DNA of 62,991 nt, counting the filler, from Nemertoderma westbladi (lineage: Eukaryota > Animalia > Xenacoelomorpha), in the NCBI GenBank assembly GCA_032718475.1. It is 3 parts of 3 records of this genome, joined end to end, with 100 filler letters (N's around TTAATTAATTAA, not from the genome) between each part and the next. Parts side by side here need not be neighbours in the genome. Positions count along the whole stretch, not along the records: positions 40,734 to 62,991 come from JAUCBJ010005366.1; 2 more parts are not named here. One strand, given 5' to 3'. A program made the translations under genes and the position numbers. Every line of letters starts with the position of its first letter. Position 1 is the stretch's first letter. The notes beneath the pieces were generated by a model that was not told where the DNA came from, did no database searches, and was given only the letters and a program-made list of their open reading frames with translations. Positions 49,157 through 60,001 of the stretch are shown one piece after another.

Positions 49157-52100
49157 ATACAGACAGACACATACAGACTGCAGGCTACTATACTGTAGGC
49201 CTTACTGCACATACTATAGGCCATGCTGGGAGAGATAGTGTAGGCGATAGGGTAGCGCGGACGACGGGATTAGATACGGAAGTACATGCGGCGTACATAC
49301 CGGTAGGTAGGCAAGAAGTGGATAGGCCTATACCGGTACCAGCACAGCAGTATGACTATAATATGCAGGGACATAACATATATCCAGGGGAGGGGAGAGT
49401 TATTGCGGATAGGTGTATGGGCCCCAATATATTAACATCAACCCCAGTACCAAACATACCACCGGTGGGGGGGGGGGGGGGGGGGGGACAGGGTGACATT
49501 CCCCCATTACAATATCAACAATACACTCAACCAGGAATAAGAACATCGAACCCCCTGGACGAGAGCAGATCTTGCGTCACGGAGATATGAAGGGGGCCGT
49601 TACCCCCAATGGTATATCCGACGCAAAGAAAGACAACAGGCCGGACGGGGGGCCCCAACAGGAGAATCTGTACAGCATCCCTCGAACCCAGTGGAAGCAC
49701 AGGCAATGGGAATGGCAACACTTATCGATGCACTCAAGACCAGAATCGAGCTACCACCTGTTGAGCTATTTAAATTCGACGGAAGCAGACCGGAAGAATA
49801 CCTGCGATTCCGACGCATGTACAGCAACGAGATATTAACTAAGAACCTGAATTAAAATTCATGTTGGGGAATGGAATATGGCGAGTAAAAATATTAAACG
49901 ATAAAACAAAGGAAGGACTGTCAGCCACAGGTATGAAAAAATAGGTAATTAGGCCTAGCAGACGTTTCGGAAGCCAATGGCTATCTTTATCTTATTCTTT
50001 ATCTTTATCTTATAAAGATAGCCATTGGCTTCCGAAACGTCTGCTAGGCCTAATTACCTATTTTTTCATACCTGTGGCTGACAGTCCTTCCTTTGTTTTA
50101 TCGTTTAACTAAGAACCTGATGCAGGCGGAGTGCCTAAAATATCTACAGGTATACACAGGAGGCCCAGTGTACGACATCGTGAGGCAGTATCAGGGCATC
50201 GAGGGCGGCTTCACGACCGCATGGCGGGCCCTAGACAGGGAATACGGACACCCAGCCAAGATCATCCGGCAGACCTTAAGGGGGGATAACATCGGGTGGC
50301 CTACATGATAACCCTGTTAGCATAAAGACCTTTGCGAACAAGGTCGAGAAGGCGTTAATCATGCTGAAAACACTCGACGCGCCATACGAACTCAACGCAT
50401 CTAATAATATCGCCACGATAGTGTAGGCACTGCCGATGTGGCTGCACAATAAATGGAGAAAGATCGCCTTCTCCACCCGGGAGAAGAAAGGTGCAGAACC
50501 GGGCCTAGAGGAAATGTCGAACTTCCTCAACTACGAAGCAGAGTTAATCACGGACCCAGTCTACAGCGAGGATAGTCTGGGGAAGGCGCCGAGGGCCGAA
50601 TACAACAGGCCGAAACCGGAGCATAACGCGGCAAATGCGTTGCCAAAATTTGACAATCCCTACCATACGCAGATAGCTGGAAGTGGGGCCAGACTGTGGC
50701 ACGAACAGGGAAAAAATAGCAACACGAACAAATATAACCCCAACACACCCAATAGGCCAAACCCAAATAACCAAAACACTAAACCGGTAGACGTGAACCT
50801 ATGCGCAATACTTGTAGGACTATATAGGGAACGTTACAACCCAGAATACAAATGTCAATTGCATAAAGACAGAACCCATAAGACCATGGACTGTAAGCAT
50901 TGGCAGGCGTTACCCGAACAAGATTGGAAAGCCTATGCGGATAAGAATGGAATTCGTCACCGATGTGTGATAGGGGGACACAAGGTTGAAGAGTGTAAGG
51001 AGACGCCAGTAAGATTCGGTCAAGGCAAAGGTCAAACAATGGCGACAAGCACCATAGGGGCGAAGAAAAGAGGAACGGTACTACTCGGGGTAGTGCCAGT
51101 GAGGGTGATAGGAGAAGGCGGTCGATCAGTTACTACGCTGATGCTGGTCGACAGTGGAGCAGCCTTCACGTTGGTGGAGAATTGGGTGGCCAAGGAGATA
51201 GGGCTAAAGACGAGACCAAGTAGGATGGCAGTAACAACCATCTCCAGCAAAGATGAGGTCCTGGAGATGAGGACGGGACGGTGCGAGATATCAGCGATAG
51301 CACCGGGATGCGATTATGGGGAGACCATCGACCCCATCCAGGTGATAGAATCGATCAACATAAATGCCAGGCGACCAACCAACATCGAGGTCAAGCAATA
51401 CAGATACCTGGACGACATCGATTTCTCGATACCGGAGGTGGACGTCAGGAAGGTATCCATCATAGTGGGAATGGACTGCCCAACGGCCCACGAAAGAGTA
51501 CAGACGATCTTCGGGGAAGACAGACAGTGTGATCCGATGGCAATCCACACGCCATTCGGATGGACGCTGAGCAGCCCAATCAAAACTAAAATTCAATTTA
51601 GGATGTCGGAGACATCGGGGTGCATGTTTGTGGGAACTATGAGGGAGATGGAAGATGAAGGAGCGGAGGAGCAGCTGAAGATACTGTTGAGACAGGATTT
51701 TGAGGGACTAAAGGAGACTGGGGTCGGAACCTCGGTAGAGGATAAACAAGCGGTACAGAGTGTGAAGGAGTCGATGAGATGCGAGGAGGGACGGTACACC
51801 ATAGGCATGGTGTGGAAACAGCCGAAGTTACCATTGCCTGACAACAAGAGGATGGTACTCACGAGGCTTCGCAAACTGAAGCAAATGCTGAAACGGCGCC
51901 CCGAGAAGGATGAGTACATCCATAAGACGATAAAGAAGTACGTCGAGAAAGGATGGGCCGTGGAGTTGCCGGTCGACGAACCGAACATGGAAAGGATTTA
52001 CTACCTGCCACTTCATGTGGCTCTAGATCCAAAGAAAGGTAAACTGCGGATGGTGGTTGACGCATCAGCGAAAACCAATGGCAAAAGCCTAAACGACTAT

Positions 52101-55040
52101 CTGCTGGAGGGCCCCAATATCTACAATTCAGGGATTGAGGTCTTGTTGAGATTTAGGAATGGGAGGCACGCCTTCACCTGCGACATCGAAGGCATGTTCA
52201 ACCAAGTCCGTGTGACGGAGGAGGATAACGACAGCCAGCGCTTCCTATGGTACAACGGCGATGAGGAACCGTCGACAATACCAATGTACAAGATAATGGT
52301 GCAGAACATGGGGGCCAAGTCATTTACGATGACTGTGGCTGTAAGAGATACAGTAGAGGGGAAAGAGGGGAAGTATAGCGCCAAACCGATCAATATGATT
52401 CGACGCGGCTTCTATGTAGACGACAGGATGGAGTTTGGAAACACGGTTAAAGAATTACTGGACACAGGGCGCGAGGTTCGCGACATCCTAAAAGGATCCG
52501 GATTTAACCTAACCAAGTTTCAGTCCAGCTCAGAGGAGTTTATGAAAGCCATAGAGGACAGGCGGCCAGAGTTGACCATGGACAACCCCACAACAACCAA
52601 GGGAAAGGACATGGCAGACAAGAGAGTAGAGTCTCAGCAAAAGGCGCTGGGGATCGTGTGGAACCGGGAGACAGACGAGTTCAAGTACCAACTGAGCCAG
52701 GAGGGCGTGGACATCCACACAAAGAGGGGCTATGTATAGTACATAGCAAGGATATACAATCCCTTAGGCTTAGCATCCCCACTTTTAGTATGGGGAAACA
52801 GATACTTAAGAAAGTATATAAGTTGAAGGACGAGTGGGATACAGAGGTCCCGGAAGAAATTAGCAAGCAATGGAGTAAGTGGATGGGGAGTTTAGAACAG
52901 ATGGGAACGTACAGCATGCCACGCGTGTATTTCCCGGACGGGGACATGACGGATCTGGACCTACACATGTTCTCCGATGCATCATTGGAAGCGTACGGAG
53001 CGGCACTCTATCTAGTACAGTGAAAGGGGGCTCATAAGCCCAGACTTGCATTCAGCAAAGCAAATTCGACACCGCCAGATTCAGCGTCAGTCCCGAAACT
53101 CGAGTTGACAGCTGCAAGATTAGGAGTAAGGGCCACAGCCTACTTGATGGACACTATACCCAACATAGTGGAAACACACTACTGGATGGACTCCATGGTA
53201 GTGCTCGGGTGGCTGCACAATGAGAAGACGAGATACCCTATATTCGTCGCGAATAGGGTGGACGAAATAAGGGCGACGACAGACTTGGAAAGGTGGCACT
53301 ACTGCCCCACGGACGAGAACCCAGCAGACTTGTTATCGAGGGGCATGGCACGCCACACTTTCTTAAAGAAGGAAGTGTTATGGCAGCATTGGCCACACTT
53401 CCTGAACGATAGATCGGCCTGGCCACCAATGAAGGAGGTGGACCCGGGCTCAGAGGAAGTAGCACCAGGGGAAGAGGGAGAAGATTCAGAAGGTGAAGAG
53501 ATATATAGTCAGATGGTGAGGGAAGTCAGGGAGGTGCAACCGAAATTAGAAGAGCCATGCGATAACCCGACAGATAGGCTACTCAGCTACAGCTCAAGCT
53601 GGTACAAGACCAAGAAGTTGGTGGCATACTGGAGGGCCTACGGGGATTTCCTCGAGGGAGTTGGCAAGGATGCCAAGAGGAAACCAAACATCGATCTGGA
53701 GGGAGCGGCTAAGGCCGTGATATGGTACGAACAGAGAAAGAACTATGGCGACGAAGTGGACCGAGTTAGCAAACAACAACATCTTCGTCGGGACAGCGAG
53801 CTCATCACGCTGTCACCACAACTCAACGATGACGGGATTCTGGTGATGAATTCCAGAGTGCTGAATAACAACAGCCTTATCATCCCACCAAAACCCATTA
53901 TCATCCCCAACAGGTCGCCGATAGTCCACCAGATCATTTGGGACTCCCACAAGTCGATATTGCACAGAGGCACCAACCAGACCCTCACAGAAATGCGGAG
54001 GACCTTCTGGAACGCGCAGTTAAAGAAGAAGGTGAAGGCGGTAGTGGGGCAGTGCCAGACCTGCCGATGGACGAGAAAGGAGAGGGCCGTACAGGAGATG
54101 GCGCCATTACTGGCCAGTAGGGTGAGACAGCACGACCCACCATTCACGCACTGCGGCATAGACATGTTCGGGCCGATCAAGATCAAGGTGATGCGACACA
54201 CGGAGAAACGATACGGCATCATCTTCGTATGTAACAACACGAGGGCGGTAGGAATAGAACTCGCCCAAGACGCCACGGCATCGGCATTCATCAATGCCTT
54301 AGAGAGATTTAGAGACCGCAAAGGTGGAACGATCGCAGTGATCTATTCCGGCAATGGAACAAACTTTGTGGGAGTGGAGAACGAGTTGGCGGAGGCCTTG
54401 GACATCCTAGAAGGAGAAGAGTTCAGGGCAGCCATGCGGAGACGACAGGTGAAGTGGGAAAGGAGGACGCCGTATGCGCCGCATACTTTAGGATGCGTCG
54501 AGAGGCTTGTGGGTAGTTCCAAGCGTCTGACGATGAAGTTGATGAACACCCACATGGTGACAGAGGACATTCTAAGGACGGTGCTAGCTAAGTGTGAGGG
54601 AATCATCAATAGCAGACCGCTATATCCAGATCATTACGACCCGGAATCACTAGACGTGCTAACACCGAGCCACTTTCTGATGGAAAGGCCAGCGACCATC
54701 GACATGCAGGGTGTAGACCCAGATGACATACACTCCCGACAGAGTTGGAAAGTCGCCAAGGCGATAAGCGCAGAGTATTGGAGTAGGTGGATCGAGGAAT
54801 ATCTACCCACATTACACAGGAGGAGCAAGTGGAGAAATACCACTAGAGAGTTAAAGAAAGGTGATTTAGTGATCGTCACCGACGACACAATCATCAACAA
54901 TCAGTGGAGGCTAGCGAGAGTAGTAGACACTTACCCCAACAAGGACGGAAGAGTCTGATCGGTGAAAGTGCGGATAGGGGGTAAGATAGGAGCAAAGGAC
55001 AGTAAGACCTACAGGAGGGCTGTAGGGAAGTGCTGCCTAC
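49157..55040 (+). pseudogene. BEL/Pao gag-pol: gag with zinc knuckles, protease, RT, RNase H, integrase; several stops and frameshifts
   Basis: FDGS..EYLRF, CQLH...H...C, LVDSGA, YYLPLH, KLRMVVDAS, FYVDD, HMFSDAS, NPADLLSRG, GIDMFGP, SGNGTNF (catalytic D lost), WSRWIEEYL. Confidence 0.93.
49851..50104. mobile_element. Penelope-like inverted pseudo-LTR remnant inserted in BEL gag
   Basis: 97-bp perfect inverted arms (49894-49990 / 50012-50108); 16-bp duplication TTAACTAAGAACCTGA at 49835-49850 and 50105-50120; AAAGATAGCC...CCGAAACGTC motif. Confidence 0.65.
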
Positions 55041-55376
55041 TAGAAGGCGCACCATAGAGTTTAGTCGTCCAAGCGTTGGACTGAGGGGGTGGGATTGAGG
55101 GCGAGACGCCCTTCCCAAACACACAAAAAAAATAATAATAAAATAAATAATAGAAAGAAAGTTAGAAAGGAGAAAGTCAGAAAGTGATAGTAGTAGATAG
55201 TACGTAGCACTAAGTAGTAGTTAGAAAGTTAGCAGAAGTTAGTTGTAGTTAGAAAGTTAGTAGTAGTTAGAAAGTTAGCAGAAGTTGGTAATAGTTAGAA
55301 AGTTAGCAGAAGTTAGTAATAGTTAGAAAGTTAATAGAAGTTAGTAAGAGCAAGAGGATAGTTAGAGATCAGGGAG

Positions 55377-55475
55377 TGGGTTATATTGAAAAATATCGAG
55401 ACATGAAAAATATCGAGAGTAAAAATGACGCGAGTAAAAACATCGAGTGTTGAAAAATAACGATAATATCGAGAG
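55377..55475. mobile_element. One end of a foldback/MULE-like element truncating the BEL 3' LTR
   Basis: TGGGTTATATTG followed by AAAAATATCGAG-type tandem subrepeats; partner end not found. Confidence 0.4.
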
Positions 55476-56513
55476 TTCAATGTTCTAGAACATATAGCTA
55501 GTTATTTTTCAAATTTAAAATAGCTAGTAATACAAAAAAAATTATTTATTTATATTATTTATTTTTTAGAAAATTTATCTACCAAATTGGATATTTTTTT
55601 ATATTTACTAGCTATTTTAAAATTAAAAAAAATGTTCTAGAAAAAAAAATGTTGTATTTTTTATTTTATTTACGTTCTAGAATAGTATTTAATACTTTTC
55701 TATAATTAATATTTAATAGATATCACCGCCCCCAGTTAACTCGATGGAATGGCCTTGTATATAGTACGCCTTGATTATACACTATTCTAGATCATAAATA
55801 ATACAAATAATATAATGTTCTAGAACATATAGCTAGTTATTTTTCAAATTTAAAATAGCTAGTAATACAAAAAAAATTACAGACAAGATAAACAATCATA
55901 TTAACTGTAATGTAACTTGTACTGTAATGACATTCAAACTGTTTATTTTCCTCTCATCAACTTCTTCCATCCAGCTGCAACATCGAATTGATTAGATATC
56001 GACAGAAATTAAATTAATCGATCGATTAAAAGATTAAATTAATCGATAAAAAAAATTATTTATTTATATTATTTATTTTTTAGAAAATTTATCTACCAAA
56101 TTGGATATTTTTTTATATTTACTAGCTATTTTTAAATTAAAAAAAAGTTCTAGAACATTGTATTTTTTATTTTTTTTTATTTTATTTTATTTTTATTTTT
56201 TATTTTTAATCCGGATTAAAAAAATTAAAAAAATTTTCAGAAAATGTGTGACGGATACTGGACTGGAGACTGGACTGGAGACTGGTTACACCAAACGATA
56301 TGTGTGACGGATACTGGATACTGGACTGGAGACTGGTTACACCAAACAACACTATTATACAGAAGTGGAAAATGGTTAAAAAGAAAATAGATAGTATATA
56401 GATAAGAGGTGTAGTCCCCCCTTGAACTGTCATTTGTTTGCCTGTCAAATGACATTTAATGTCATTTGCAACCCGATAATCACAGCTACTAACACTGTGT
56501 CACAATTCTGGCA

Positions 56514-57044
56514 CTATTTCCTGTGTTTGAGTTGTTTTCTGACCCAGTCCAGACCTTCGTGCAGACCATCTCCAGATATTGCACAGGAATTCTGGATGAA
56601 CCAGTTCTGTCGGCGAAAAGAATGCAATCCCAGTTTATCTGCAATCTCCTCCTCGTTCATAGTATTTGGTAAATCCTGTTTGTTTGCGAATACAAGCAAC
56701 ACAGCATCATGTAATTCAATGTCATCCAGCATATTCCAGAGCTCGTCTCTAGCTTCTCCTATCCGCTCTCTATCAATACTGTCAATAACAAATATTAAAG
56801 CTTCTATGTGCTCTATAAAATGTTTCCATATGGGTCTAATTTGATCCTGACCACCAACGTCCCACACTACAAAGCTCATCTTCTTATAAGTTAAAGTTTT
56901 AACGCTGAAACCCATAGTTGGAATTGATTTTTCTTTTATTCTCTTTAACTTATACAAAATGGCAGTCTTTCCCGCGGCATCTAGTCCCACCATCAATAAC
57001 CTCTTATCTTTCTTTCCAATTAGTTTTGCAAATGTATTTCCCAT
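56514..57044 (-). CDS. ARF: Divergent ADP-ribosylation factor (Arf1/Arf4-like) small GTPase, intronless
   Basis: MG N-terminus, [20 protein letters not shown] and SCA motifs; 176 aa, intact. Confidence 0.9.
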   Translation of the reverse strand: MGNTFAKLIGKKDKRLLMVGLDAAGKTAILYKLKRIKEKSIPTMGFSVKTLTYKKMSFVVWDVGGQDQIRPIWKHFIEHIEALIFVIDSIDRERIGEARDELWNMLDDIELHDAVLLVFANKQDLPNTMNEEEIADKLGLHSFRRQNWFIQNSCAISGDGLHEGLDWVRKQLKHRK

Positions 57045-57289
57045 ATAGATAGTTATTTCATATTTACCATATAAAAGAGGTTTACAAACAATAATTAATT
57101 AAAGCAACAACATAGATGTAGGCAACCAAATTAAGTATCTAACATCCAAGTCCTATTATCACTGTTACCATATAAATAAATAATTAAGTGCCTGGGCCAA
57201 TGCCACTGCATTCATCGAGACTAGTTTATTTTAGCAGAAGTGTTAAGAATGATAATAATGGATTCAACCCTAAGGTAGCACTCGCACGG

Positions 57290-57744
57290 CCAATTTAACA
57301 TCATCCTTAGCTTTCTCAACCTTGTTAATGTTTTCGGTTGTTGGTTGTTCGGTTTTAACTTTGTAGGCTATCTTAAGACCTTCTCCCTTACAAGTAACCT
57401 CAGAGTTTTGCCATGGCACATACTGTTTTCGTTTGGGTTTCTGGGGGATATGCCTCTTAGCTGATTCCTTGTGGGCTACCAACAAACAACATATTCGAAA
57501 AGAGTAAGGGGAAGCTATGGACCTTTCAATACCCTAATGGAACCAAAGCACAACTGGATTACATCCTTATAAACAAAAAGTGGAGAAACAGCATAATCAA
57601 CTGCGAGGCATACAGCTCGTTCATCCTAATTTATTCGGACCACAGAATTGTGACTGCAGAGATCAGACTCAGTTTGAGAGCCAGGAAACCCAGGACAAGC
57701 AAGCAAAGCAAATATGACTGGGAGAAACTCAGAACTGACAATGC
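57290..57744. mobile_element. Two oppositely oriented RTE ORF fragments (endonuclease C-terminus on +, linker region on -)
   Basis: + strand KLWTFQYPNGTKAQLDYIL...SDHRIV; - strand KRHIPQKPKRKQYVPW. Confidence 0.7.
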
Positions 57745-59825
57745 TGTACTACTACTACTAGGTCGAGGGAACTCGGACAGTGGAAATGAGATCCTTCCAG
57801 GCTTCCCGATTCTCCATAGTTGTCGCAATTTCGTTTCTCCCAAGTTCAGTATCCCTTTCAAGTTGATCTATATATGTTATGGCAGGTCGTCCACGACTAC
57901 TCTTTCCATGAGTTGGTTGCCAGAGAAGTAGATCTGGTATGTAAAAATAGGTACAATAGTCCTACAGTAAGTTATTAGTTTATTAATTATTTACTATTTA
58001 TACTGTAATTACGTTTTATAATAAATTGTTCTGTACATTACATCTTTATCGTTGAGTCGGGCATTGTCACGCTCTCGGTAAAGTTGTACATGTACATAGT
58101 GTAATTACGTTTTATATTGGTTTTAGGTTAGGGTAGTGTAATATTGTATTTGTAACCAAGTAACATAAAGGACCCCCTTGGAAATAAGCTGCAAAGCTTT
58201 AGGGGTAATCCTATATGTTATGTTGGACAATACCTTTATACCGGTACATTGTTTCTGTGTTTGGTGTATTTGTTATTGTTTTTTACATAATGTATAAATA
58301 AATCTATCTATAAATCTATCTATGACCTCGTCTTTACTTCGCCAGCAGTGCCCACTGAATCTTAATCTGCGTTCGCGGAGGGTGGTTGATACAGGTGGTA
58401 TTGTACCATAAAGCTCGGCGTTTGTCATGTGTTGTCTCCAGCTGATGTTTAGGGCTGCCCTTAGTAGTCTTGTGTAGCAGCCATCAATTCGTTGTTCAAG
58501 TGATTTAGTCAGTGTCCAGGTCTCACCCCCGTATAAAAATACACTTTCCACTGTGGCTCGAAAGAACTTGGTCTTCAGGTGCCTGGAGAGATCTGATTTC
58601 CAGATGGTATCCATTTTTGATAGAGCTACCCAAGCCTTTGCTTTCCTAACTTCTATGTCCTTTTTGCTACTCTCTATCCATGATCCAAGGTACTGGAAGT
58701 CATCGACCTTCCTTAGTTGATTATTATCAATGGTTGTCAAGTTCCCATCAACATTAAAGGTCATGAATTCGGTCTTGGTAGCATTTATATGCAATCCGAC
58801 CTCCTTAGCAGCCCTCTCCACTTTATTTAGTAGAAGCTGTGCATCTGCTAGCGTATTAGAGAGCAGGGCGATGTCATCCGCAAAGTCGGTGTCTGTGACT
58901 GTAGTTGCCGGATATCTACTACTTCTGCGTTCTTGAAGTGTGAATCCCAGATCTTCACCCTTTGTGGCCGTCCTCATTGCGTAATCCAGCACAATTACAA
59001 ATAGTAATGGTGCTAATGTGTCACCTTGCAGTACGCCAGCCAGGATTGAGAAAAACTCAGTTTCACCATCTGGTGAGAGTACCTGCGCTTCTGTGTCACA
59101 ATATAGCAATCCAATGCCAGCAACAATTACTTCTGGTATTCCATAAGCTCTTAGGATTTCAAGCATTTTACCTCTATGGATGGAGTCGAATGCCTTCTTG
59201 AAGTCCACAAAAGTCATGACTGCGGGGAGATTCTTTGACTTAATTCCTTCAATCAGTCTCCGTAGTGCAAGTATCTGAGCTATTGTTGATCTACTTGGTC
59301 GAAATCCGTTTTGGCTCTTACGCAGTAGTTTCTCTATGTGAGGCCTAATCCTATATAGAATCATTTTATTGTATATTTTGGCAGCTACCACAAGCAGACA
59401 GGTCCCACGATAGTTTGTTGGTATGCCGAGGTCTCCTTTCTTGGGGAGAGGCTTTAGTTGACCTTTAGTCCAAATTGGTGGTGGCTTTTCCCCTTTTAAC
59501 ATCCGGTTGCAAACATTCAATAATGGTCTATTTAGCACTCCGGTTTTCCATACCTCCGCTGGGATTTCATCTAATCCACTCGCTTTATTATTGGACATGC
59601 TTTTAATGCTTCTTTGGAGTTTGGCAGGTGTGAAGTCCCCTGTTTCTATAGGTAGTGTCTTGTCATATATTTTCCTTGTAGGGCTGACCTCGATGTTTGG
59701 TGGCTGCCCAAGCAAGTTGCTGAAGTGATTTTTCCACTGCCCAACACGTTCTTCAGGACTATCGGCTTTGAGGCGCCCCTTTGCACAACTTTTCCGACCA
59801 GATACCTCATTTACAGTTTGCCAGG
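57745..59825 (-). mobile_element. RTE-clade LINE (full RT domain, (TAG)n tail), cut at its 5' end by the RTEX-like element and interrupted at 57942-58320
   Basis: NYRG, QNGFR, FVDFKKAFD, GVLQGDTLAP, DFADD; 3' end matches 4200-4417. Confidence 0.93.
57942..58320 (+). mobile_element. 3' UTR fragment of another LINE (L2/CR1-like) inserted in the RTE
   Basis: RTE sequence resumes on both sides with TATG duplicated; GGACCCCCTTGGAAATAAG hairpin, AATAAA and AAATCTATC tail. Confidence 0.6.
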
Positions 59826-60001
59826 TAATTTATTTATTTCTTTATTTACCGCAGGCAACATATGGAAAATATTATATTATAATCGCACAATCAGCCCATA
59901 TCGTCTACCTACGTTACAGCACAATAATTAAATATTAAGTATTCAATTGATTATGTATGTATGTACTTAGTAATACTAATAATTCGCTAAATTAAATTTC
60001 G

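Larger units (their letters stand above)
41421..55375 (+). mobile_element. BEL/Pao LTR retrotransposon, inactivated, with nested insertions; both LTRs partial
   Basis: 5' LTR remnant with TATA/Inr-like sequence ends CCGTCACA at 41923; gag-pol remnants; PPT GAGGGGGTGGGA at 55084-55094 followed by TG at 55096; outer limits approximate. Confidence 0.85.

Noticed and set aside
50544-55124. Many short antisense ORFs over BEL pol
   Set aside because: Shadow ORFs of GC-richer retroelement coding sequence
56247-56503. Possible small solo LTR (TGTGAC...GTCACA)
   Set aside because: No target-site duplication and no second copy in the window
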